DNA of 64,000 nt from Auanema rhodensis (Eukaryota > Animalia > Nematoda). Both the position numbers and the translations under genes were made by a program. This document shows, piece by piece, positions 28,301 through 42,400 of this stretch (the first letter of the stretch is position 1; every line of letters begins with the position of its first letter). A model generated the notes under the pieces. That model worked only from the letters and a program-made list of their open reading frames with translations, made no database searches and was not told where the DNA came from. The stretch is from the NCBI GenBank assembly GCA_964057225.1, contig OZ059894.1, positions 18,104,001-18,168,000 on the forward strand, given 5' to 3'.

Positions 28301-31300
28301 GACTAATATGGAAATGGGGAATCTAATTTTGAAAACCGCATCTCTTTATCTTTTACGGGAAGCGAGTTACATACCATGTGCACATCACGTGTACATTTAA
28401 TTAGCATAAATTAAAGTTCACGTAAATTTCAAAGTCATGGTTACCATGCACCTATATCAATAAAAATTTGTTTTCAGTCTAATATGGAAATGGGGAATCT
28501 AATTTTGAAAACCGCATCTCTTTATCTTTTACCGGAAACGAGTTACATACCATGTGCACATCACGTGTACATTTAATTAGCATAAATTAAAGTTCACGTA
28601 AATTTCAAAGTCATGGTTACCATGCACCTATATCAATAAAAATTTGTTTTCAGTCTAATATGGAAATGGGGAATCTAATTTTGAAAACCGCATCTCTTTA
28701 TCTTTTACGGGAAGCGAGTTACATACCATGTGCACATCACGTGTACATTTAATTAGCATAAATTAAAGTTCACGTAAATTTCAAAGTCATGGTTACCATG
28801 CACCAGTAACAATGAAAATTTGTTTTTGGACTAATATGGCCATCGGGAATTTAATTTTGAAAACGGCATCTCTTCATCTTTGAGTTACATACCATGTGTA
28901 CATCACGTGTACATGTAATTAGCATAAATTAAAGTTCACGTAAATTTTAAAGTCATGGTTACCATGCACCAATATCCATAAAAATTTGTTTTTAGACTAA
29001 TATGGAAATGGGGAATCTAATTTTGAAAACCGCATCTCTTTATCTTTTACGGGAAGCGAGTTACATACCATGTGCACATTACGTGTACATTTAATTAGCA
29101 TAAATTAAAGTTCACGTAAATTTCAAAGTCATGGTTACCTTGCACCAGTATCAATGAAAATTTGTTTTCGGACTAATATGGCCGTGGGGAATCTAATTTT
29201 GAAAACCGCATCTCTTTATCTTTTACCGGAAACGAGTTACATATCATGTGTACATCACGTGTACATTTAATTAGCATAAATTAAAGTTCACGTAAATTTT
29301 AAAGTCATGGTTACCATGCACCAATATCCATAAAAATTTGTTTTCAGTCTAATATGGAAATGGGGAATCTAACTTTGAAAACCGCATCTCTTTATCTTTC
29401 ACGGGAAGCGAGTTACATACCATGTGCCCATCACGTGTACATTTAATTAGCATAAATTAAAGTTCACGTAAATTTTAAAGTCATGGTTACCATGCACCAA
29501 TATCCATAAAAATTTGTTTTTAGACTAATATGGAAATGGGGAATCTAATTTTGAAAACCGCATCTCTTTATCTTTTACGGCAAGCGAGTTACATACCATG
29601 TGCACATCACGTGTACATTTAATTAGCATAAATTAAAGTTCACGTAAATTTCAAAGTCATGGTTACCTTGCACCAGTATCAATGAAAATTTGTTTTCGGA
29701 CTAATATGGCCATGGGGAATCTAATTTTGAAAACCGCATCTCTTTATCTTTTACCGGAAACGAGTTACATATCATGTGTACATCACGTGTACATTTAATT
29801 AGCATAAATTAAAGTTCACGTAAATTTTAAAGTCATGGTTACCATGCACCAATATCCATAAAAATTTGTTTTCAGTCTAATATGGAAATGGGGAATCTAA
29901 CTTTGAAAACCGCATCTCTTTATCTTTCACGGGAAGCGAGTTACATACCATGTGCCCATCACGTGTACATTTAATTAGCATAAATTAAAGTTCACGTAAA
30001 TTTTAAAGTCATGGTTACCATGCACCAATATCCATAAAAATTTGTTTTTAGACTAATATGGAAATGGGGAATCTAATTTTGAAAACCGCATCTCTTTATC
30101 TTTTACGGGAAGCGAGTTACATACCATGTGCACATCACGTGTACATTTAATTAGCATAAATTAAAGTTCACGTAAATTTCAAAGTCATGTTTACCATGCG
30201 CCTATATCAATAAAAATTTGTTTTTAGTCTAATATGGCCATGGGGAATCTAATTATGAAAACCGCATCTCTTCATCTTTTACGGGAAGCGAGTTACATAC
30301 CATGTGTAAATCACGTGTACATTTAATTAGCATAAATTAAAGTTCACGTAAATTTCAAAGTCATGGTTACCATGCACCTATATCAATAAAAATTTGTTTT
30401 CAGTCTAATATGGAAATGGGGAATCTAATTTTGAAAACCGCATCTGTTTATCTTTCACGGGAAGCGAGTTACATACCATGTGCACATCACGTGTACATTT
30501 AATTAGCATAAATTAAAGTTCACGTAAATTTCAAAGTCATGGTTACCATGCACCAGTATCAATGAAAATTTGTTTTTGGACTAATATGGCCATCGGGAAT
30601 TTAATTTTGAAAACGGCATCTCTTCATCTTTGAGTTACATACCATGTGTACATCACGTGTACATTTAATTAGCATAAATTAAAGTTCACGTAAATTTTAA
30701 AGTCATGGTTACCATGCACCAATATCCATAAAAATTTGTTTTAAGACTAATATGGAAATGGGGAATCTAATTTTGAAAACCGCATCTCTTTATCTTTTAC
30801 CGGAAACGAGTTACATACCATGTGCACATCACGTGTACATTTAATTAGCATAAATTAAAGTTCACGTAAATTTCAAAGTCATGGTTACCTTGCACCAGTA
30901 TCAATGAAAATTTGTTTTCGGACTAATATGGCCATGGGGAATCTAATTTTGAAAACCGCATCTCTTTATCTTTTACGGGAAGCGAGTTACATACCATGTG
31001 CACATCACGTGTACATTTAATTAGCATAAATTAAAGTTCACGTAAATTTTAAAGTCATGTTTACCATGCACCAATATCCATAAAAATTTGTTTTTAGACT
31101 AATATGGAAATGGGGAATCTAATTTTGAAAACCGCATCTCTTTATCTTTTACGGGAAGCGAGTTACATACCATGTGCACATCACGTGTACATTTAATTAG
31201 CATAAATTAAAGTTCACGTAAATTTCAAAGTCATGGTTACCATGCACCTATATCAATAAAAATTTGTTTTCAGTCTAATATGGAAATGGGGAATCTAATT

Positions 31301-31979
31301 TTGAAAACCGCATCTCTTTATCTTTTACCGGAAACGAGTTACATACCATGTGCACATCACGTGTACATTTAATTAGCATAAATTAAAGTTCACGTAAATT
31401 TCAAAGTCATGGTTACCATGCACCTATATCAATAAAAATTTGTTTTCAGTCTAATATGGAAATGGGGAATCTAATTTTGAAAACCGCATCTCTTTATCTT
31501 TTACGGGAAGCGAGTTACATACCATGTGCACATCACGTGTACATTTAATTAGCATAAATTAAAGTTCACGTAAATTTCAAAGTCATGGTTACCATGCACC
31601 AGTAACAATGAAAATTTGTTTTTGGACTAATATGGCCATCGGGAATTTAATTTTAAAAACGGCATCTCTTCATCTTTGAGTTACATACCATGTGTACATC
31701 ACGTGTACATGTAATTAGCATAAATTAAAGTTCACGTAAATTTTAAAGTCATGGTTACCATGCACCAATATCCATAAAAATTTGTTTTTAGACTAATATG
31801 GAAATGGGGAATCTAATTTTGAAAACCGCATCTCTTTATCTTTTACGGGAAGCGAGTTACATACCATGTGCACATTACGTGTACATTTAATTAGCATAAA
31901 TTAAAGTTCACGTAAATTTCAAAGTCATGGTTACCTTGCACCAGTATCAATGAAAATTTGTTTTCGGACTAATATGGCC
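22330..31979. repeat. Near-perfect block duplication with 5220-bp offset (30 monomers, six of them 166 bp)
   Basis: ~22330-26759 matches ~27550-31979 line for line, sharing ggcaagcg, tctgttt, ttaagact, gtcatgttt and ttttaaaaacggc. The only difference I saw is 23886 G versus 29106 T. Confidence 0.9.
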
Positions 31980-34900
31980 ATGGGGAATCTAATTTTGAAA
32001 ACCGCATCTCTTTATCTTTTACCGGAAACGAGTTACATATCATGTGTACATCACGTGTACATTTAATTAGCATAAATTAAAATTCACGTAAATTTTAAAG
32101 TCATGGTTACCATGCACCAATATTCATAAAAATTTGTTTTCAGTCTAATATGGAAATGGGGAATCTAACTTTGAAAACCGCATCTCTTTATCTTTCACGG
32201 GAAGCGAGTTACATACCATGTGCTCATCACGTGTGCATTTAATTAGCATAAATTAAAGTTCACGTAAATTTTGAAGTCATGGTTACCATGCACCAATATC
32301 CATAAAAATTTGTTTTTAGACTAATATGGACATGGGGAATCTAACTTTGAAAACCGCATCTCTTTATCTTTCACGGGAAGCGAGTTACATATCATGTGCA
32401 CATCACGTGTACATTTATTTAGCATAAATTAAAGTTCACGTAAATTTCAAAGTCATGGTTACCATGCAACTATATCAATAAAAATTTGTTTTCAGTCTAA
32501 TATGGAAATGGGGAATCTAATTTTGAAAACCGCATCTCTTTATCTTTTACCGGAAACGAGTTACATATCATGTGTACATCACGTGTACATTTAATTAGCA
32601 TAAATTAAAGTTCACGTAAATTTCAAAGTCATGGTTACCATGCGCCTATATCAATAAAAATTTGTTTTTAGTCTAATATGGCCATGGGGAATCTAATTAT
32701 GAAAACCGCATCTCTTCATCTTTTACGGGAAGCGAGTTACATACCATGTGCACATCACGTGTACATTTAATTAGCATAAATTAAAGTTTACGTAAATTTC
32801 AAAGTCATGGTTACCATGCACCTATATCAATAAAAAATTGTTTTCAGTCTAATATGGAAATGGGGAATCTAATTTTGAAAACCGCATCTCTTTATCTTTT
32901 ACGGGAAGCGAGTTACATACCATGTGTAAATCACGTGTACATTTAATTAGCATAAATTAAAGTTCACGTAAATTTCAAAGTCATGGTTACCATGCACCTA
33001 TATCAATAAAAATTTGTTTTCAGTCTAATATGGAAATGGGGAATCTAATTTTGAAAACCGCATCTCTTTATCTTTTACGGGAAGCGAGTTACATACCATG
33101 TGTAAATCACGTGTACATTTAATTAGCATAAATTAAAGTTTACGTAAATTTCAAAGTCATGGTTACCATGCACCTATATCAATAAAAATTTGTTTTCAGT
33201 CTAATATGGAAATGGGGAATCTAACTTTGAAAACCGCATCTCTTTATCTTTCACGGGAAGCGAGTTACATACCATGTGCCCATCACGTGTACATTCAATT
33301 AGCATAAATTAAAGTTTACGTAAATTTCAAAGTCATGGTTACCATGCACCTATATCAATAAAAATTTGTTTTCAGTCTAATATGGAAATGGGGAATCTAA
33401 TTTTGAAAACCGCATCTCTTTATCTTTTACGGGAAGCGAGTTACATACCATGTGTAAATCACGTGTACATTTAATTAGCATAAATTAAAGTTTACGTAAA
33501 TTTCAAAGTCATGGTTACCATGCACCTATATCAATAAAAAATTGTTTTCAGTCTAATATGGAAATGGGGAATCTAATTTTGAAAACCGCATCTCTTTATC
33601 TTTTACGGGAAGCGAGTTACATACCATGTGTAAATCACGTGTACATTTAATTAGCATAAATTAAAGTTCACGTAAATTTCAAAGTCATGGTTACCATGCA
33701 CCTATATCAATAAAAATTTGTTTTCAGTCTAATATGGAAATGGGGAATCTAATTTTGAAAACCGCATCTCTTTATCTTTTACCGGAAACGAGTTACATAC
33801 CATGTGCACATCACGTGTACATTTAATTAGCATAAATTAAAGTTCACGTAAATTTCAAAGTCATGGTTACCATGCACCTATATCAATAAAAATTTGTTTT
33901 CAGTCTAATATGGAAATGGGGAATCTAATTTTGAAAACCGCATCTCTTTCTCTTTTACGGGAAGCGAGTTACATACCATGTGCACATCACGTGTACATTT
34001 AATTAGCATAAATTAAAGTTCACGTAAATTTCAAAGTCATGGTTACCATGCACCAGTAACAATGAAAATTTGTTTTTGGACTAATATGGCCATCGGGAAT
34101 TTAATTTTGAAAACGGCATCTCTTCATCTTTGAGTTACATACCATGTGTACATCACGTGTACATGTAATTAGCATAAATTAAAGTTCACGTAAATTTTAA
34201 AGTCATGGTTACCATGCACCAATATCCATAAAAATTTGTTTTTAGACTAATATGGAAATGGGGAATCTAATTTTGAAAACCGCATCTCTTTATCTTTTAC
34301 GGGAAGCGAGTTACATACCATGTGCACATTACGTGTACATTTAATTAGCATAAATTAAAGTTCACGTAAATTTCAAAGTCATGGTTACCTTGCACCAGTA
34401 TCAATGAAAATTTGTTTTCGGACTAATATGGCCGTGGGGAATCTAATTTTGAAAACCGCATCTCTTTATCTTTTACCGGAAACGAGTTACATATCATGTG
34501 TACATCACGTGTACATTTAATTAGCATAAATTAAAGTTCACGTAAATTTTAAAGTCATGGTTACCATGCACCAATATCCATAAAAATTTGTTTTCAGTCT
34601 AATATGGAAATGGGGAATCTAACTTTGAAAACCGCATCTCTTTATCTTTCACGGGAAGCGAGTTACATACCATGTGCCCATCACGTGTACATTTAATTAG
34701 CATAAATTAAAGTTCACGTAAATTTTAAAGTCATGGTTACCATGCACCAATATCCATAAAAATTTGTTTTTAGACTAATATGGAAATGGGGAATCTAATT
34801 TTGAAAACCGCATCTCTTTATCTTTTACGGGAAGCGAGTTACATACCATGTGCACATCACGTGTACATTTAATTAGCATAAATTAAAGTTCACGTAAATT

Positions 34901-37900
34901 TCAAAGTCATGGTTACCATGCGCCTATATCAATAAAAATTTGATTTTAGTCTAATATGGCCATGGGGAATCTAATTATGAAAACCGCATCTCTTTATCTT
35001 TTACGGGAAGCGAGTTACATACCATGTGTAAATCACGTGTACATTTAATTAGCATAAATTAAAGTTCACGTAAATTTCAAAGTCATGGTTACCATGCACC
35101 TATATCAATAAAAATTTGTTTTCAGTCTAATATGGAAATGGGGAATCTAATTTTGAAAACCGCATCTCTTCATCTTTGAGTTACATACCATGTGTACATC
35201 ACGTGTACATTTAATTAGCATAAATTAAAGTTCACGTAAATTTTAAAGTCATGGTTACCATGCGCCTATATCAATAAAAATTTGATTTTAGTCTAATATG
35301 GCCATGGGGAATCTAATTATGAAAACCGCATCTCTTTATCTTTTACGGGAAGCGAGTTACATACCATGTGTAAATCACGTGTACATTTAATTAGCATAAA
35401 TTAAAGTTCACGTAAATTTCAAAGTCATGGTTACCATGCACCAGTATCAATGAAAATTTGTTTTTGGACTAATATGGCCATCGGGAATTTAATTTTGAAA
35501 ACGGCATCTCTTCATCTTTGAGTTACATACCATGTGTACATCACGTGTACATTTAATTAGCATAAATTAAAGTTCACGTAAATTTTAAAGTCATGGTTAC
35601 CATGCACCAATATCCATAAAAATTTGTTTTTAGACTAATATGGGAATGGGGAATCTAATTTTGAAAACCGCATCTCTTTATCTTTTACGGGAAGCGAGTT
35701 ACATACCATGTGCACATCACGTGTACATTTAATTAGCATAAATTAAAGTTCACGTAAATTTCAAAGTCATGGTTACCATGCGCCTATATCAATAAAAATT
35801 TGTTTTTAGTCTAATATGGCCATGGGGAATCTAATTATGAAAACCGCATCTCTTTATCTTTTACGGGAAGCGAGTTACATACCATGTGTAAATCACGTGT
35901 ACATTTAATTAGCATAAATTAAAGTTCACGTAAATTTCAAAGTCATGGTTACCATGCACCTATATCAATAAAAATTTGTTTTCAGTCTAATATGGAAATG
36001 GGGAATCTAATTTTGAAAACCGCATCTCTTTATCTTTTACGGGAAGCGAGTTACATACCATGTGCACATCACGTGTACATTTAATTAGCATAAATTAAAG
36101 TTCACGTAAATTTCAAAGTCATGGTTACCATGCACCAGTATCAATGAAAATTTGTTTTTGGACTAATATGGCCATCGGGAATTTAATTTTGAAAACGGCA
36201 TCTCTTCATCTTTGAGTTACATACCATGTGTACATCACGTGTACATTTAATTAGCATAAATTAAAGTTCACGTAAATTTTAAAGTCATGGTTACCATGCA
36301 CCAATATCCATAAAAATTTGTTTTTAGACTAATATGGAAATGGGGAATCTAATTTTGAAAACCGCATCTCTTTATCTTTTACGGGAAGCGAGTTACATAC
36401 CATGTGCACATCACGTGTACATTTAATTAGCATAAATTAAAGTTCACGTAAATTTCAAAGTCATGGTTACCTTGCACCAGTATCAATGAAAATTTGTTTT
36501 CGGACTAATATGGCCATGGGGAATCTAATTTTGAAAACCGCATCTCTTTATCTTTTACCGGAAACGAGTTACATATCATGTGTACATCACGTGTACATTT
36601 AATTAGCATAAATTAAAGTTCACGTAAATTTTAAAGTCATGGTTACCATGCACCAATATCCATAAAAATTTGTTTTCAGTCTAATATGGAAATGGGAAAT
36701 CTAACTTTGAAAACCGCATCTCTTTATCTTTCACGGGAAGCGAGTTACATACCATGTGCCCATCACGTGTACATTTGATTAGCATAAATTAAAGTTCACG
36801 TAAATTTTAAAGTCATGGTTACCATGCACCAATATCCATAAAAATTTGTTTTCAGTCTAATATGGAAATGGGGAATCTAACTTTGAAAACCGCATCTCTT
36901 TATCTTTCACGGGAAGCGAGTTACATACCATGTGTAAATCACGTGTACATTTAATTAGCATAAATTAAAGTTCACGTAAATTTCAAAGTCATGGTTACCA
37001 TGCGCCTATATCAATAAAAATTTGTTTTTAGTCTAATATGGCCATGGGGAATCTAATTATGAAAACCGCATCTCTTTATCTTTTACGGGAAGCGAGTTAC
37101 ATACCATGTGTAAATCACGTGTACATTTAATTAGCATAAATTAAAGTTCACGTAAATTTCAAAGTCATGGTTACCATGCACCAATATCAATTAAAATTTG
37201 TTTTTAGTCTAATATGGACATGGGGAATCTAATTTTGAAAACCGCATCTCTTTATCTTTTACGGGAAGCGAGTTACATACCATGTGTAAATCACGTGTAC
37301 ATTTAATTAGCATAAATTAAAGTTCACGTAAATTTCAAAGTCATGGTTACCATGCACCTATATCAATAAAAATTTGTTTTCAGTCTAATATGGAAATGGG
37401 GAATCTAATTTTGAAAACCGCATCTCTTTATCTTTTACGGGAAGCGAGTTACATACCATGTGCACATCACGTGTACATTTAATTAGCATAAATTAAAGTT
37501 CACGTAAATTTCAAAGTCATGGTTACCATGCACCAGTATCAATGAAAATTTGTTTTTGGACTAATATGGCCATCGGGAATTTAATTTTGAAAACGGCATC
37601 TCTTCATCTTTGAGTTACATACCATGTGTACATCACGTGTACATTTAATTAGCATAAATTAAAGTTCACGTAAATTTTAAAGTCATGGTTACCATGCACC
37701 AATATCCATAAAAATTTGTTTTTAGACTAATATGGAAATGGGGAATCTAATTTTGAAAACCGCATCTCTTTATCTTTTACGGGAAGCGAGTTACATACCA
37801 TGTGCACATCACGTGTACATTTAATTAGCATAAATTAAAGTTCACGTAAATTTCAAAGTCATGGTTACCTTGCACCAGTATCAATGAAAATTTGTTTTCG

Positions 37901-39429
37901 GACTAATATGGCCATGGGGAATCTAATTTTGAAAACCGCATCTCTTTATCTTTTACCGGAAACGAGTTACATATCATGTGTACATCACGTGTACATTTAA
38001 TTAGCATAAATTAAAGTTCACGTAAATTTTAAAGTCATGGTTACCATGCACCAATATCCATAAAAATTTGTTTTTAGACTAATATGGAAATGGGGAATCT
38101 AATTTTGAAAACCGCATCTCTTTATCTTTTACGGGAAGCGAGTTACATACCATGTGCACATCACGTGTACATTTGATTAGCATAAATTAAAGTTCACGTA
38201 AATTTTAAAGTCATGGTTACCATGCACCAATATCCATAAAAATTTGTTTTTAGACTAATATGGACATGGGGAATCTAACTTTGAAAACCGCATCTCTTTA
38301 TCTTTTACGGGAAGCGAGTTACATATCATGTGCACATCACGTGTACATTTATTTAGCATAAATTAAAGTTCACGTAAATTTCAAAGTCATGGTTACCATG
38401 CACCTATATCAATAAAAATTTGTTTTCAGTCTAATATGGAAATGGGGAATCTAATTTTGAAAACCGCATCTCTTTATCTTTTACCGGAAACGAGTTACAT
38501 ATCATGTGTACATCACGTGTACATTTAATTAGCATAAATTAAAGTTTACGTAAATTTCAAAGTCATGGTTACCATGCACCTATATCAATAAAAATTTGTT
38601 TTCAGTCTAATATGGAAATGGGGAATCTAATTTTGAAAACCGCATCTCTTTATCTTTTACGGGAAGCGAGTTACATACCATGTGTAAATCACGTGTACAT
38701 TTAATTAGCATAAATTAAAGTTTACGTAAATTTCAAAGTCATGGTTACCATGCACCTATATCAATAAAAAATTGTTTTCAGTCTAATATGGAAATGGGGA
38801 ATCTAATTTTGAAAACCGCATCTCTTTATCTTTTACGGGAAGCGAGTTACATACCATGTGTAAATCACGTGTACATTTAATTAGCATAAATTAAAGTTCA
38901 CGTAAATTTCAAAGTCATGGTTACCATGCACCTATATCAATAAAAATTTGTTTTCAGTCTAATATGGAAATGGGGAATCTAATTTTGAAAACCGCATCTC
39001 TTTATCTTTTACGGGAAGCGAGTTACATACCATGTGTAAATCACGTGTACATTTAATTAGCATAAATTAAAGTTCACGTAAATTTCAAAGTCATGGTTAC
39101 CATGCACCTATATCAATAAAAATTTGTTTTCAGTCTAATATGGAAATGGGGAATCTAATTTTGAAAACGGCATCTCTTAATCTTTTACGGGAAGCGAGTT
39201 ACATATCATGTGCTCATCACGTGTACATTTAATTAGCATAAATTAAAGTTTACGTAAATTTCAAAGTCATGGTTACCATGCACCTATATCAATAAAAATT
39301 TGTTTTCAGTCTAATATGGAAATGGGGAATCTAATTTTGAAAACCGCATCTCTTTATCTTTTACGGGAAGCGAGTTACATACCATGTGCACATCACGTGT
39401 ACATTTAATTAGCATGAATTAAAGTTCAC

Positions 39430-42400
39430 GTAAATTTCAAAGTCATGGTTACCATGCACCAGTATCAATGAAAATTTGTTTTCGGACTAATATGGCCATG
39501 GGGAATCTAATTTTGAAAACCGCATCTCTTTATCTTTTACCGGAAACGAGTTACATATCATGTGTACATCACGTGTACATTTAATTAGCATAAATTAAAG
39601 TTCACGTAAATTTCAAAGTCATGGTTACCTTGCACCAGTATCAATGAAAATTTGTTTTCGGACTAATATGGCCATGGGGAATCTAATTTTGAAAACCGCA
39701 TCTCTTTATCTTTTACCGGAAACGAGTTACATATCATGTGTACATCACGTGTACATTTAATTAGCATAAATTAAAATTCACGTAAATTTTAAAGTCATGG
39801 TTACCATGCACCAATATTCATAAAAATTTGTTTTCAGTCTAATATGGAAATGGGGAATCTAACTTTGAAAACCGCATCTCTTTATCTTTCACGGGAAGCG
39901 AGTTACATACCATGTGCTCATCACGTGTACATTTAATTAGCATAAATTAAAGTTCACGTAAATTTTGAAGTCATGGTTACCATGCACCAATATCCATAAA
40001 AATTTGTTTTTAGACTAATATGGACATGGGGAATCTAACTTTGAAAACCGCATCTCTTTATCTTTCACGGGAAGCGAGTTACATATCATGTGCACATCAC
40101 GTGTACATTTATTTAGCATAAATTAAAGTTCACGTAAATTTCAAAGTCATGGTTACCATGCACCTATATCAATAAAAATTTGTTTTCAGTCTAATATGGA
40201 AATGGGGAATCTAATTTTGAAAACCGCATCTCTTTATCTTTTACCGGAAACGAGTTACATATCATGTGTACATCACGTGTACATTTAATTAGCATAAATT
40301 AAAGTTCACGTAAATTTCAAAGTCATGGTTACCATGCGCCTATATCAATAAAAATTTGTTTTTAGTCTAATATGGCCATGGGGAATCTAATTATGAAAAC
40401 CGCATCTCTTCATCTTTTACGGGAAGCGAGTTACATACCATGTGCACATCACGTGTACATTTAATTAGCATAAATTAAAGTTTACGTAAATTTCAAAGTC
40501 ATGGTTACCATGCACCTATATCAATAAAAATTTGTTTTCAGTCTAATATGGAAATGGGGAATCTAATTTTGAAAACCGCATCTCTTTATCTTTTACGGGA
40601 AGCGAGTTACATACCATGTGTAAATCACGTGTACATTTAATTAGCATAAATTAAAGTTTACGTAAATTTCAAAGTCATGGTTACCATGCACCTATATCAA
40701 TAAAAAATTGTTTTCAGTCTAATATGGAAATGGGGAATCTAATTTTGAAAACCGCATCTCTTTATCTTTTACGGGAAGCGAGTTACATACCATGTGTAAA
40801 TCACGTGTACATTTAATTAGCATAAATTAAAGTTCACGTAAATTTCAAAGTCATGGTTACCATGCACCTATATCAATAAAAATTTGTTTTCAGTCTAATA
40901 TGGAAATGGGGAATCTAATTTTGAAAACCGCATCTCTTTATCTTTTACGGGAAGCGAGTTACATACCATGTGTAAATCACGTGTACATTTAATTAGCATA
41001 AATTAAAGTTTACGTAAATTTCAAAGTCATGGTTACCATGCACCTATATCAATAAAAATTTGTTTTCAGTCTAATATGGAAATGGGGAATCTAACTTTGA
41101 AAACCGCATCTCTTTATCTTTCACGGGAAGCGAGTTACATACCATGTGCCCATCACGTGTACATTTAATTAGCATAAATTAAAGTTTACGTAAATTTCAA
41201 AGTCATGGTTACCATGCACCTATATCAATAAAAATTTGTTTTCAGTCTAATATGGAAATGGGGAATCTAATTTTGAAAACCGCATCTCTTTATCTTATAC
41301 GGGAAGCGAGTTACATACCATGTGTAAATCACGTGTACATTTAATTAGCATAAATTAAAGTTTACGTAAATTTCAAAGTCATGGTTACCATGCACCTATA
41401 TCAATAAAAAATTGTTTTCAGTCTAATATGGAAATGGGGAATCTAATTTTGAAAACCGCATCTCTTTATCTTTCACGGGAAGCGAGTTACATACCATGTG
41501 TAAATCACGTGTACATTTAATTAGCATAAATTAAAGTTCACGTAAATTTCAAAGTCATGGTTACCATGCACCTATATCAATAAAAATTTGTTTTCAGTCT
41601 AATATGGAAATGGGGAATCTAATTTTGAAAACCGCATCTCTTTATCTTTTACGGGAAGCGAGTTACATACCATGTGTAAATCACGTGTACATTTAATTAG
41701 CATAAATTAAAGTTTACGTAAATTTCAAAGTCATGGTTACCATGCACCTATATCAATAAAAATTTGTTTTCAGTCTAATATGGAAATGGGGAATCTAATT
41801 TTGAAAACCGCATCTCTTTATCTTTTACGGGAAGCGAGTTACATACCATGTGCACATCACGTGTACATTTAATTAGCATAAATTAAAGTTCACGTAAATT
41901 TCAAAGTCATGGTTACCATGCACCAGTATCAATGAAAATTTGTTTTTGGACTAATATGGCCATAGGGAATTTAATTTTGAAAACGGCATCTCTTCATCTT
42001 TGAGTTACATACCATGTGTACATCACGTGTACATTTAATTAGCATAAATTAAAGTTCACGTAAATTTTAAAGTCATGGTTACCATGCACCAATATCCATA
42101 AAAATTTGTTTTTAGACTAATATGGACATGGGGAATCTAATTTTGAAAACCGCATCTCTTTATCTTTCACGGGAAGCGAGTTACATATCATGTGCACATC
42201 ACGTGTACATTTAATTAGCATAAATTAAAGTTCACGTAAATTTCAAAGTCATGGTTACCATGCACCTATATCAATAAAAATTTGTTTTCAGTCTAATATG
42301 AAAATGGGGAATCTAATTTTGAAAACCGCATCTCTTTATCTTTTACGGGAAACGAGTTACATATCATGTGCACATCACGTGTACATTTAATTAGCATAAA

